DNA of 64,000 nt from Candidatus Polarisedimenticolia bacterium (lineage in GTDB: Bacteria; Acidobacteriota; Polarisedimenticolia; Gp22-AA2): NCBI GenBank assembly GCA_036001465.1, contig DASYUH010000040.1, forward strand, positions 11,466 through 75,465, written 5' to 3'. Of the stretch, positions 8,938 to 22,116 are shown in pieces; within the stretch, counting starts at the first letter, position 1; each line of letters opens with the position of its first letter. The notes beneath the pieces were generated by a model, which saw only the letters and a program-made list of their open reading frames with translations, made no database searches and had not been told where the DNA came from. The position numbers and the translations under genes were made by a program.

Positions 8938-9797
8938 GAGGGAAGGTCGGCGAACTCGGCGGCGGCGCGATGCGGGATGGCGCCGGCTCTGTGGCCCTGC
9001 AGCAGGAGCTCGTCGATGGCCCGCCGGCCGGCCGGTCCGTAGTCGAGCGTGAAGTCGTTGACGTACATGCCGACGAAGCGATCGGCAAGCGGCCGGCCGA
9101 TCCCCCGGCCGAAGTCGAGCGCGTAGGTCAGCGCCTCCCCCCGGTGGGCGAGGCCGAAGGCGATGCTGTCCCTGAAGAACGCGCCGATCTCGGCGATGGC
9201 CCGGGCCCCGAGGTCGCGACGGATGGCGTTTCCGCCCAGGGGCAGCGGCAGGCCGGTCCGCACCTTCCACCACGCCCCCAGATCCAGCACTTTGTGCAGC
9301 CCCGACTGCGCGTAGGTGAGCTGTCCTTCGTGGATTAGGAGCCCGGCTTCCACGTCGCCGCCCGACACCGCAGGCAGGATCCGATCGAACGGCATGACCT
9401 CCATGCGCACATCGCCCAGGGCAAGGCGGAGCGCCAGGGCGGCGGTGGTCAGCCGGCCGGGAACGGCGATCGTCATGCTCTTCAGGGCGTCCAGAGGCTC
9501 GGGCCCGCGGGTGACCAGGATCGGCCCGTAGCCGTCCCCCATGCTCGCTCCGCAGGGCAGGAGCAGGTAGCGGTCCGCCAGGTAGGCGTAGGCGTGAATC
9601 GAGACCGCGGTGACCTCGATGCTCCCCTCGAGCGCCAGGCGGTTGAGGCTCTCGATGTCCTTGAGGACCTGCTCGACCTCGTAGTCCCCCGTCGGGACCC
9701 TGCCCGAGGCCAGCCCGTAGTACATGAAGGCATCGTCCGGATCGGGACTGTGTCCGATCCGGACCGTGCGGCGTTTCGGCTCCGAAGGTGGCTGCAT
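8934..9797 (-). CDS. MqnA/MqnD-family protein (PF02621, periplasmic-binding-protein fold; futalosine-pathway-like)
   Basis: N-terminal VRIGHSPDPDDAFMYYGL, typical of the MqnA/MqnD family. 287 aa. Confidence 0.65.
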   Translation of the reverse strand: MQPPSEPKRRTVRIGHSPDPDDAFMYYGLASGRVPTGDYEVEQVLKDIESLNRLALEGSIEVTAVSIHAYAYLADRYLLLPCGASMGDGYGPILVTRGPEPLDALKSMTIAVPGRLTTAALALRLALGDVRMEVMPFDRILPAVSGGDVEAGLLIHEGQLTYAQSGLHKVLDLGAWWKVRTGLPLPLGGNAIRRDLGARAIAEIGAFFRDSIAFGLAHRGEALTYALDFGRGIGRPLADRFVGMYVNDFTLDYGPAGRRAIDELLLQGHRAGAIPHRAAAEFADLPS

Positions 9798-9806
9798 GCC
9801 TTCATC

Positions 9807-10979
9807 TTACATCGCGGGGGGCTTCATGCAACCCGTCCGCCTCGCCGCGGCGACCACCAGGCCGGCGGCCGCGAGCGCCACGAGCGCCGCTCCGGCAAAG
9901 AGGACGGACATGGACGTGTGATCGTAGAGCAGGCCGCTCGCGGACATCCCGAGGACGTTGCCGACGCCGTAGGCGGCCGATCCATAGATCGTCTGCCCGC
10001 TCGCCCGCCGCTCGTCGCCGAACAGCCGATAGGTGTGGGTCACGGCCGCCACGTGGAAGGCGGCGTACGTGGCGGCGTGAAGCGCCTGCGCCACGGCCAT
10101 CGCCAAGGGCGCGACGCTCGCGGCGCAAATCAGGAAGCGCACCGCCGCCAGCAGAGCCGCGGCCCCCATCACCGGAAGGGTCCCGCATCGGCCGAGGATG
10201 CGCGGCATCAGGAGCATGGCCACGATCTCGCAGGCCACCGCGAGACCCCAGAACGCGCCGATCGTCCGGGGGGCGTAGCCGGCGGCTTCGAGATGGATGC
10301 TGTAGAAGACGTAGTAGGGGCCGTGCGCCGCCTGCACCAGGACCGCGGCGAGGAGGAAGTACAGGACCGGCGGGCGCCGCAGGAGTCGCCAGAGTCCGAC
10401 CGCGCCGGCAGGCGGCGCGGCGCGCAGCCTCTCCGGCGGCAGAAGGAGGGCCGCCGGCACCTGGAGCGCGAGGAGCACGATGATCAGGTAGACCGCCGCG
10501 CGTTCCCCCAGGCGGCCGATGAGGGGGCCCGTCAGGAGCGCCGTGACGATGAAGGCGAGGGACCCCCAGGCCCGCATCCGCCCATAGGGCGAGCCACCCG
10601 TCTCCGCGATCTCCATCGCCGTGGCCTCGACCAGCGGGAGGGCGGGAGCGCGCACCGCCGAGAAGGCGGCGATCACCAGGACGGCCGCCGGGAACGTCCT
10701 GACCGCCGTCATCGACGCGAAGGCCGCCAGGGACAGGAGGCTCGACGCGATGACCAGCCCGCGTCTCCAACCCAGCCTGTCGGCCAGCATCCCGCCGGTG
10801 AGAGGGGCCAGGGCGATGCTCAGGGGCAGGAGCAGGGTCAGCATGCCGATTTGAGCGCCGGTGAATCCCAGGCCCTTGAGATACAGGTTGAAGTACGGCA
10901 GGTAGGCCCCAAGGACGGCGAAGCTGGCCAGGTAATAGAAGCCGAGGGTCAGGGGCGCGGGCAGGGGCATGCGGCTCAT
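9807..10979 (-). CDS. MFS transporter
   Basis: About 12 predicted TM helices. Start at MSRMPLPAPL (ATG 10979). Divergent from the gene at 11002. Confidence 0.75.
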   Translation of the reverse strand: MSRMPLPAPLTLGFYYLASFAVLGAYLPYFNLYLKGLGFTGAQIGMLTLLLPLSIALAPLTGGMLADRLGWRRGLVIASSLLSLAAFASMTAVRTFPAAVLVIAAFSAVRAPALPLVEATAMEIAETGGSPYGRMRAWGSLAFIVTALLTGPLIGRLGERAAVYLIIVLLALQVPAALLLPPERLRAAPPAGAVGLWRLLRRPPVLYFLLAAVLVQAAHGPYYVFYSIHLEAAGYAPRTIGAFWGLAVACEIVAMLLMPRILGRCGTLPVMGAAALLAAVRFLICAASVAPLAMAVAQALHAATYAAFHVAAVTHTYRLFGDERRASGQTIYGSAAYGVGNVLGMSASGLLYDHTSMSVLFAGAALVALAAAGLVVAAARRTGCMKPPAM

Positions 10980-11001
10980 ACTAAAATAGAAGCGGGTCAT
11001 C

Positions 11002-11847
11002 ATGGCGGATCCTAGAGAAAGTCGCAAAGCCTTCGCCGCACTCGTGGCGCTTCCGGACGACGCCATCGATTTGGGCCACGCCTCCCTGCTCATCGCGCGC
11101 GAGGAGTATCCGGACCTCGACGTGGGGCGGTACCTTTCCAGGCTGGACGGGATGGCCGCCGACATCGCCGGGCGTCTGAAGGAGGGGGATGGCCCGAGAA
11201 GCCGGGTCGCCCACTTGAACCGGCTGCTGTTCGAGGAGATGGGCTTCCAGGGAAACCGGGAGGAGTACTTCGACCCGCGCAATTCCTTCCTGAACGACGT
11301 CCTGGATCGCCGGATCGGAATTCCCATCACGCTGTCCACCATCTATCTCGAGGTCGGAAGGCGGATCGGCTGCCCGCTCGCCGGCGTCGCCTTCCCCGGG
11401 CACTTCCTGGTGCGCCTGGGAGGCGTGCAGGGGGCGCCGGACATCTTCATCGACCCGTTCAATCGCGGCCGGCTCCTGACCGAGGAGGACTGCCGCGCCC
11501 TGATCCTCGAAATGTACAAGGGGCAGCTGGAATACCGCCCGGAGTTCCTGAAACGGGCCATGAACCGTGAGATCCTCGAAAGGATGATCAACAACCTCAA
11601 GGGGATCTATCAGCAACGACGCGATTTCCACATGGCCCTGAAGATTCAGCAGCTCCTCCTGTGCATCGACCCGGACAGGCCCGATGCGATCCGGGACCGC
11701 GGCCTCATCCATTACCGTCTCGCCCTGATCGCGGAGGCGGTCGCGGATCTGGACCGGTACCTGAGACTCGCGCCCGGGGCCCCGGATGCGTCGCAGATCC
11801 GCACCCGGCTGGACGAGATGAAGCGCCTGGTCCCGCAGATGAACTGA
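11002..11847 (+). CDS. Transglutaminase-like/TPR protein (SirB1 N-terminal domain family)
   Basis: Transglutaminase-like core followed by a TPR-like C-terminus. 281 aa. Confidence 0.55.
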   Translation: MADPRESRKAFAALVALPDDAIDLGHASLLIAREEYPDLDVGRYLSRLDGMAADIAGRLKEGDGPRSRVAHLNRLLFEEMGFQGNREEYFDPRNSFLNDVLDRRIGIPITLSTIYLEVGRRIGCPLAGVAFPGHFLVRLGGVQGAPDIFIDPFNRGRLLTEEDCRALILEMYKGQLEYRPEFLKRAMNREILERMINNLKGIYQQRRDFHMALKIQQLLLCIDPDRPDAIRDRGLIHYRLALIAEAVADLDRYLRLAPGAPDASQIRTRLDEMKRLVPQMN

Positions 11848-11871
11848 TCCGGGCATTCGGCCGGGCCGCGC

Positions 11872-13953
11872 ATGGAGGAGTCGCTGGTGATCGCCGAGGT
11901 GGCCGGCCTGTTCGCCCCGGGCGGTCCCCTGGCCCGGGCGCTGCCATCGTTCGAACCGCGCCCGCAGCAGGCCCGGATGGCCCGCGACGTGTCTGCGGCG
12001 CTCGCCTCGGGCCGGCACCTCCTGATCGAAGCCGGCACCGGCATCGGCAAGTCGCTCGCGTACCTGGTCCCGGCCATCCTGTACGCCACGCGCGACCGAT
12101 CCCTTCCCCAGGCGGAGCGGCGCGTCGTCATCTCCACGCACACGCGCGCGCTGCAGGAACAGCTGGCGCGCAAGGACCTGCCGTTCCTGGAGCGCGCCCT
12201 GGAGCCCGCCGGCATCTCCTTTCGTCACGCCCTGCTCATGGGATCGGAGAACTACCTCTGCATCCAGCGCCTGAGCGAGTGGACGCTTTCCGGCGCCGAC
12301 CTGGTCGATGCGTCCTCCGCGGAAGTGCTCCAGGCCCTCGATCGGCATGCCCGGAGCGCACCCACCGGACTGCGCTCGGAGATCCCGTTCCCCGTGCCGG
12401 ACGCGATCTGGGAGCGGGTGCGCCGCGATCGCGAGATCTGCCAGGGCGCGCGCGGGCCGTTCTGGGAGTCGTGCCTGTACCGAAGGGACCTGGCCCGCTC
12501 GCGCGATGCCGACCTCCTGATCGTCAATCACGCCCTGTTCTTCCTCGATCTCAAGTCCGGAGGGCGGATCCTGCCGCCGCATTCGGTCGTCATCCTGGAC
12601 GAAGCGCACCGCGTCGAGGAGTCGGTCACGGCGCAGTTCGGGTACAGCGTCTCGGACCGTTCCGTGGGGGGCCTCCTGCAGGATCTCGGGGAGAGAAAGC
12701 GGGGGCGTCGGCCCCGGCGCGCCGGCCCGGGTCGCGGCCGTGGCGGGGGCGGCCTGTTCCCCGCCATCGTCCCGCGCCTCGAAGAGGCCGCCCGGGAGTT
12801 TTTCGCCGAAATGCGGCAGCTCGGACTGGCCGCGCAGCGCGACGCTCCGGGATCGGGCCCCGAGACGCCGGCGGGGTACGCTCCGATCGCCCGGGTGCGC
12901 GCTCCCGGGGCCGTGGCGGATCGGTTGCGCGCCCCGCTGTTCGAGCTGGAGGAGGCCCTGGAGGAGAGGGCGCGCGGCGCCGACCCGACGGAGGCGCTCG
13001 TCCTTGGCTCTCTCGGATCGCGCACGCGCGATCTGCGGGAGAGAGTCACGCAGTTCCTGGAGCAGCGGGTGCCGGACGCCGTCTACTGGGTGGAGTGCGC
13101 CCCGCGCCAGGAGGGCGCCACCCTGCGCGTCGCGCCGATCGAGGTGGCGCACGTCCTGCGGCCGCGCCTGTTCGAGGACGCCCGCCGGGTGGTGCTGACC
13201 TCGGCCACTCTGGCAGCCGGAGGATCGTTCACCCACCTCCGCCGCCGCCTCGGCATCGCGTCGGCCGCCGAGACCATCCTCGGCTCTCCGTACGACTTCG
13301 AGAGGCAGGCCCTCCTCTACCTGCCCGCGGCGGTGCCGGACCCCGGATCCGACCCGCACGGGTTCGCGGAGGGAGTCCTGCGCGAGTGCCGGCGGCTCCT
13401 CCTCGCGTCGGGCGGAGGGGCCTTCCTGCTCTTCACCTCCTACGCGCTTCTGAGGCGCGTGCACGCGGCGCTCCTGGAGGACCCGGATCTCAAGGGGCTC
13501 GAGCTCTTCCGCCACGAGCCCGGGCTGGCGTCCTCCGTCCTCGAGCGGTTCCGCCTCACGCGCCGGGGCGTCCTGCTCGGGACCATGACGTTCTGGCAGG
13601 GAGTCGACGTGCCGGGGGACGCCCTGCGCCTGGTCGTGATCACGCGGCTGCCGTTCGAGGTGCCGGGCCACCCGATGGCCGAGGCGCGCGCGGAAGCGAT
13701 CAGGACGCGGGGCGGGGATCCCTTCCTGGAAGACACGCTGCCGGAGGCGATCCTCACATTCAGGCAGGGGTTCGGGCGCCTCATCAGGAGCCACGACGAC
13801 CGCGGCCTAGTCGCCGTCCTCGATCCGCGGCTCCGGACCCGTCCCTATGGCCAGATGTTCCTCGAGTCCCTGCCCCCGTGCCGGCAGACCGGCTCGTTCG
13901 AGGAAGCCGAGCGCTTCCTGCACCGCGGTCCGGCCGGTCGATCGGTCAGTTGA
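11872..13953 (+). CDS. dinG: ATP-dependent DNA helicase, DinG/XPD family (Fe-S)
   Basis: Walker A AGTGIGKS, DEAH box (ILDEAHRVEE), and Cys residues between motifs I and II (YLCIQR, EICQG, ESCLY). Confidence 0.85.
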   Translation: MEESLVIAEVAGLFAPGGPLARALPSFEPRPQQARMARDVSAALASGRHLLIEAGTGIGKSLAYLVPAILYATRDRSLPQAERRVVISTHTRALQEQLARKDLPFLERALEPAGISFRHALLMGSENYLCIQRLSEWTLSGADLVDASSAEVLQALDRHARSAPTGLRSEIPFPVPDAIWERVRRDREICQGARGPFWESCLYRRDLARSRDADLLIVNHALFFLDLKSGGRILPPHSVVILDEAHRVEESVTAQFGYSVSDRSVGGLLQDLGERKRGRRPRRAGPGRGRGGGGLFPAIVPRLEEAAREFFAEMRQLGLAAQRDAPGSGPETPAGYAPIARVRAPGAVADRLRAPLFELEEALEERARGADPTEALVLGSLGSRTRDLRERVTQFLEQRVPDAVYWVECAPRQEGATLRVAPIEVAHVLRPRLFEDARRVVLTSATLAAGGSFTHLRRRLGIASAAETILGSPYDFERQALLYLPAAVPDPGSDPHGFAEGVLRECRRLLLASGGGAFLLFTSYALLRRVHAALLEDPDLKGLELFRHEPGLASSVLERFRLTRRGVLLGTMTFWQGVDVPGDALRLVVITRLPFEVPGHPMAEARAEAIRTRGGDPFLEDTLPEAILTFRQGFGRLIRSHDDRGLVAVLDPRLRTRPYGQMFLESLPPCRQTGSFEEAERFLHRGPAGRSVS

Positions 13954-15472
13954 TGCGGCGGGGGCGCCCCTGCCAGAAAGGCTCCCGGAGCGCCTTCTTG
14001 TCGATCTTCCCCGAGCCGGTGCGCGGCAGGGCGGCGAGGAGGTCGACCGCGCGCGGGCACTTGTAATGCGCCAGGCGGCCCCGGCAGAAGTCGACGAGGT
14101 CGCCGGCCCGCCCCGCATCCCCGCCCACGAGGACGACCGCGGCGCGCACCGATTCCCCCCAGGTCTCGTCGGGAACGCCGAACACGGCCGCTTCCCGCAC
14201 GTCCGGGTGCTCGTACAGGACGTTCTCGACCTCGGTGCTGTAGACGGTCTCACCGCCCGAGATGATCACGTCCTTGAGGCGATCGACGAGGTGGATCGAC
14301 CCGTGTCGATCGAGGGTGGCCAGATCGCCCGTGTGGAACCATCCCCCCTTGAAGGCCTCCCGGGTCGCCTCGCTGTCGCGCCAGTAGCCCGGCGTCACCG
14401 TCGCCCCGCGCGCGATCACCTCGCCGACGGTGGTGTCGTCGGCGGGCACGTCCGAGAAGGAGCTCGCGCCGTGGGGCTGGACGACGCGCAGGTCGACGCC
14501 CCGCGCCGCCCGCCCGGTCCTGGCCCTCAGGCGCATCGCGTCCGGCGGAGGCACGGCAGCCTGTCCGTCGCCCGGCAGGGAGAAGGTCAGGAAGGGCGAC
14601 GTCTCCGTCAAGCCGTACGTCTGGGCGTAGTCGCAGCCGAGGAGCGAAGTGACACGCGCCACGAGGCCGGGGTCGATCGGGGCGCCGCCGCTCAGGAGGA
14701 GGCGGAGGGAGCGCAACGGCCGACCGCGCGACTCCGCCTCGGCCAGAAGTCCGCGCAGCATGGTCGGCACGAGGTTCGTGATGGTCACGCCGTGCGCCTC
14801 GATGAGCTCGAAGGCGGCGCCCGCCTCGAAACGCGGCAGGAGGACGTGCGCGGCCCCGGCGGCCGTCGCCGTCCAGACCGCCCAGGCGTCGGCGAGGTGG
14901 AACATGGGGGCGGCGTGGAGCCAGGAATCGCTCGGGCCGAACCGGAGCTCTCGAAGCGTCATGTCGACGTGCGCGGCCAGGTTCCCGAGCGTCAGGACGA
15001 CCCCCTTCGGCCGGCCGGTCGTGCCGCTGGTGTAGTAGAGGTGGACCGCCTCCGGCGCCGCGGCCTCCGCGGCGCCAGGGCCGGCGGCGCCGGTCGGGCC
15101 GGCGACCCAGCCCTGCCCGGCCTGCGCGCCGCCCGCGAGCAGCGGCCCGCACAGGCCCGGATCGCCGATCAGGACGCGCGCGCCGCTGTGATCGAGGATG
15201 GCGCGCATCTCGCGCTCCGACAGCCGGAGATTCAGCGGCACCAGGACGAAGCGGCGCAGCAGGGCGGCGAAGTACGCGGCCAGGTACAGGTGGCAGTTCG
15301 GGAACAGGGCCGCGACGCGGTCCCCCGGGCGCGCGCCCAGGGACTCCAGGTGGCTCCCCGCGGCCAGGGCGAGATCCCTCAGGCCCGGGTAGTCGAAGTG
15401 CGAGCCGCCGCAGAAGACGGCCGCGGCTCTCCTCTTCCGGCAGGCGTCATCGAGCAGAGTGAGCGGGTCCAC
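13946..15472 (-). CDS. AMP-dependent synthetase/ligase (acyl-CoA synthetase)
   Basis: AMP-binding motif YTSGTTGRPKGV. GTG start at 15472. Confidence 0.85.
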   Translation of the reverse strand: MDPLTLLDDACRKRRAAAVFCGGSHFDYPGLRDLALAAGSHLESLGARPGDRVAALFPNCHLYLAAYFAALLRRFVLVPLNLRLSEREMRAILDHSGARVLIGDPGLCGPLLAGGAQAGQGWVAGPTGAAGPGAAEAAAPEAVHLYYTSGTTGRPKGVVLTLGNLAAHVDMTLRELRFGPSDSWLHAAPMFHLADAWAVWTATAAGAAHVLLPRFEAGAAFELIEAHGVTITNLVPTMLRGLLAEAESRGRPLRSLRLLLSGGAPIDPGLVARVTSLLGCDYAQTYGLTETSPFLTFSLPGDGQAAVPPPDAMRLRARTGRAARGVDLRVVQPHGASSFSDVPADDTTVGEVIARGATVTPGYWRDSEATREAFKGGWFHTGDLATLDRHGSIHLVDRLKDVIISGGETVYSTEVENVLYEHPDVREAAVFGVPDETWGESVRAAVVLVGGDAGRAGDLVDFCRGRLAHYKCPRAVDLLAALPRTGSGKIDKKALREPFWQGRPRRIN

Positions 15473-15491
15473 ACGGGGATCCTACAACGGC

Positions 15492-16138
15492 TCAGCCGCG
15501 GCGTTTCTTGTCGGGACTCCCGGGGTGATCCCGATCTTTCATGACTTCGTCGAGCTGCGGCTCGACGACCTTTTGATAGCAGTCGGGACAGATTCCGTGG
15601 CTGAACTGCACGTCGGAGTGCGCGCCCACGTACTGCTCCACCTGCTGCCAGTAGTTCTTGTCGTCCCGGATCTTCTTGCAGTAGGAGCAGATCGGGAGCA
15701 GCCCGCGCAGCTGGCGGACCCGGGCCAGGGCGTCCTCGAGCTCGACGACGCGGACCGCCAGCGCCGCCTGCAGATCGACGATGCGCACGCCGACCTGGAC
15801 CCGCGCGCGCAGCTCCTCGTGGTCGAACGGCTTGGTCACGTAATCGTCCGCGCCCGCCTGCAGGCCCGCGATGACGTCCTCCTTGCGGCCGCGGGCGGTC
15901 AGGAGAATGATGTGCAGCGGCTGCGGATCCGGCCTCTTCCGGGCGCGGCGGCAGATCTCCACGCCGTCGATCTCGGGCATCATCCAGTCGAGGATCGCGA
16001 GCCTCGGGGCTCCGGGCGCCGAGATGGCCGCCCAGGCTTCGCCTCCGGCGGTCGTCGTGACCACCTCGAAGCCCCACTTCACGAGCGTGGCCTCCAGCAC
16101 TCTGCGCGACACCGCGTCGTCTTCGGCGATCAGGATTT

Positions 16139-16142
<4 letters not shown>
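15492..16142 (-). CDS. Response regulator: REC domain + coiled coil + C-terminal four-Cys (CxxC...CxxC) domain
   Basis: REC residues D9/D10, D52 (ILDWMMP), T80 and K102. C-terminal LPICSYCKKIRDD...FSHGICPDCYQK. ATGA overlap with the kinase stop. Confidence 0.85.
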
Positions 16143-19791
<3,649 letters not shown>

Positions 19792-19792
<1 letters not shown>

Positions 19793-20349
19793 CACGGCGC
19801 CCCCTGAGCGCGCTTCCGGTCTCGGACCACCTTGCCCAACCTCAGGATCTTCGAGCTGATCGACAGCTTCGATCTCGAGGCCGCATCGACGTTCACTTCG
19901 AAGCGCACCATGTTCTGGTCCAGAAGAAGCCCCAGCACCCCTCCGTCCCTGACGAAACGCTCGGACTCGCTGACCGTGAGGACGTAGAGCCCCCGCAGCC
20001 GTCCGAGAATGTCCCGCAGGCGCGGCCCCTCCGACCGGCCCAGGAACAGCACGTGACACCCGGCCAGATCGTCGAGGGTCGTCGCCCGTCTGACGGTGAC
20101 GGGGTGGCCGTTCACTCTTTTCCCTTCGACCACCCGCTCGAGCGCGTCCGCGATCAACTCGTCCCCCAGGACCGCGAACACCATGGGTGCTTCGGGCGCC
20201 TCGAACGCCGACTCGGGCCAGTCGACGAACTTGGCGACGGTGTAGATGAAGCTGGCCTTGACGTCCTGCTCGAACAGGGGCGGAGGCTCAGGCTGGGCGG
20301 AGATGATCGAGAACGGAGCGCCGAGCAGGGAGACCCAGAGCAGGAACAC
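19792..20349 (-). CDS. DUF4154 / YfiR-like periplasmic protein
   Basis: Motifs SFIYTVAKFVDWPE and HVLFLG. Putative GTG start at 20349 gives a signal peptide VFLLWVSLLGAPFSIISA. The maximal ORF extends to 20565 but overlaps a non-coding repeat element, so the true start is uncertain. Confidence 0.6.
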
Positions 20350-20509
20350 GGCCGTGGCGGGCAGGCCGCTCCGGCCGCAATCCCCATGCGCCCTTCGGGT
20401 TCCGGCGGCGTGGGGCCGTCTGCTTCGTTGCCGCGCCTCGTCGATGCACAGGCATCGGACGTCGTCGCGGCGCCTCGCATCCCGTCCCACGGCGTCCGGA
20501 ACGCGACCC

Positions 20510-20543
20510 GGCCCAATACTCGGACAGGCTCCTAGCCGATGGC
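20510..20543 (+). repeat. Copy B of a ~30 nt dispersed element (CGCGRCCCGG...ATACTCGGACAGGCTCCTAG), followed 3 nt later by an ATG
   Basis: Near-identical to the copy at 49618-49651 (on the minus strand) and similar to the copy at 51181-51217. See findings. Confidence 0.6.
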
Positions 20544-20808
20544 GGCGCGCCACCCACGGACGCAAGGACTCTCCAGCGAGGCGGCGGGCCGTTCGGGTCC
20601 GGGTGAGCCAATCCGCCTCTCCTCCCGCGACTTACGGGTCCCGGACGATGGCGGCAAATATAGGGCTCCGGTACTCGGCCGGCAATGACGCGGCAGGGAG
20701 CCCGTCCGAGCAAATGGCCGGCTCCTGCGCTATACTCCGTCAAAAATCTGCCCACTCGCCCCCCACTGAAGAGGGCGAGGGGTTTGCCTGCCCTCCAGGA
20801 GGGACGGA

Positions 20809-21267
20809 ATGCCCAGGACGGAGTTTGTCACCAGGAACGCGCTTCGACTGACGCTCCAAGGCGCCCGACTGATGATGGCCGCGGCCGTCCGCAAGGCCCA
20901 GTCGATCAAGGTACCCATGGACATTGCGGTGGTGGACGACGCCGGTCACCTGCTGGTGTTCAATCGGATGGATGGGGCCAAGCTGAGCAGCATCGACATC
21001 GCCATCTCGAAGGCCTGGACGGCGGCCTGCGCCCGCCGCCCCACGCACGAGTATGCCGAGATCGCGGGGCCCGGACGGCCGGCGTTCGGCATCCACGTCA
21101 GCAACCATGGCCGCTTCATGATCGTGGGGGGCGGTCTTCCCGTGTACCTGGACGGTCAGATCGTCGGCGGCATCGGGTGCAGCAGCGGCACCATCCAGCA
21201 GGACCGCGAGGTCGCTGCGGCCGGCATCAACGTGCTGGCCTCCCGGACGCGAAGGCGGCGGCGCTAG
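20809..21267 (+). CDS. GlcG/HbpS-like (DUF336) heme-binding protein
   Basis: DUF336 hallmark ...IVGGGLPV...GGIGCSSG. SD GGAGGGA upstream. Confidence 0.75.
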   Translation: MPRTEFVTRNALRLTLQGARLMMAAAVRKAQSIKVPMDIAVVDDAGHLLVFNRMDGAKLSSIDIAISKAWTAACARRPTHEYAEIAGPGRPAFGIHVSNHGRFMIVGGGLPVYLDGQIVGGIGCSSGTIQQDREVAAAGINVLASRTRRRRR

Positions 21268-21299
21268 GTGCCTGTCCAGGTGTCCGGGCAGGCTCCTAG
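21264..21299. repeat. Imperfect 36 nt palindrome CTAGGTGCCTGTCC-aggt-GTCCGGGCAGGCTCCTAG between convergent genes
   Basis: The arms match the CTAGGAGCCTGTCC core of the dispersed element. Candidate bidirectional terminator or dimeric-protein binding site. Confidence 0.5.
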
Positions 21300-22093
21300 C
21301 CCTCCCACATTTCCCGGAACATCTCGATCGACCCGATGGCATAGCCGGCGTAGTGGTTGTTGAAGTAGCCGTAGACGGTCACGCCCCGATCGAGGATGCC
21401 GCGGATGGCGGGGATCCATCTCCCCAGGTCACGCCGCCGATCGACGATCAGGCGGTCCCAGCGCGTCGTCTTCGTCTCGATCCCCTTCCGGTCACCCAGC
21501 CAGCGGATGTAGGCAAAATCGGTCGTCAGGATGCCGTCCATGCGCATGAGCGCGTCCACGCCGAAGAACCACGGGTGGTCGATGAGCGCCAGCGCCACCC
21601 GGTGCTGTCGCAGGATGCCGATCAGGCGCCTGGTGACGAAGCTCTTGTTGCGCACCTCGACGGCATAGCGGCGTCCCGGAGGGAGGGACGGCAGGAACGT
21701 CTCGAGGCGATCGATGAACGGGTTCGGGTCCGGGAAATCGTCCTTGCGGTAGTAGCGGAATTGCAGCAGCAGGGGGCCGAGCCGGTCGCCGAGCCGGTCC
21801 ATGACGCGCAGGAATTCATCGCGCTCGGAGGCGCAGTCGAGCAGGAGCTTCTCGTGGGTGATGACCTGCGGGAACTTGGCCGCGAACAGGAAGCCGGGGG
21901 GCGTGCGATCCCGCCACGCGTCGACCATCCGCGCCGTCGGAATGCGGTAGAACGTGGCGTCCACCTCCACCGTGTCGGCGTGCTTCGCGTAATGCTCCAG
22001 GTAGCCGGAGGGCGGCGTGCCGGGCGGATAGAAGACCCCCTCCCAGGACGGGGCGCTCCAGCTCGAGGCGCCGATGCGCAGCCGCGCGTCCAT
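21296..22093 (-). CDS. DUF72 family protein (YecE-like)
   Basis: Start at MDARLRIGASSWS. DUF72-like motifs. Confidence 0.65.
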   Translation of the reverse strand: MDARLRIGASSWSAPSWEGVFYPPGTPPSGYLEHYAKHADTVEVDATFYRIPTARMVDAWRDRTPPGFLFAAKFPQVITHEKLLLDCASERDEFLRVMDRLGDRLGPLLLQFRYYRKDDFPDPNPFIDRLETFLPSLPPGRRYAVEVRNKSFVTRRLIGILRQHRVALALIDHPWFFGVDALMRMDGILTTDFAYIRWLGDRKGIETKTTRWDRLIVDRRRDLGRWIPAIRGILDRGVTVYGYFNNHYAGYAIGSIEMFREMWEG

Positions 22094-22116
22094 GGCGTCG
22101 CGATTCCCCTTCGCGA

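Noticed and set aside
20350-20565. N-terminal 72 codons of the maximal YfiR-like ORF ([20 protein letters not shown]...).
   Set aside because: This stretch overlaps the non-coding dispersed element. The same nucleotides are read in other frames at the other copies. A GTG at 20349 yields a proper signal peptide.
20539-20688. 49-codon ORF (MAARHPRTQGLSSEAAGRSG...) beginning 3 nt after dispersed-element copy B.
   Set aside because: Composition-biased, no SD, no recognisable features. More likely the element marks a regulatory site for the downstream GlcG-like gene or a divergent promoter.
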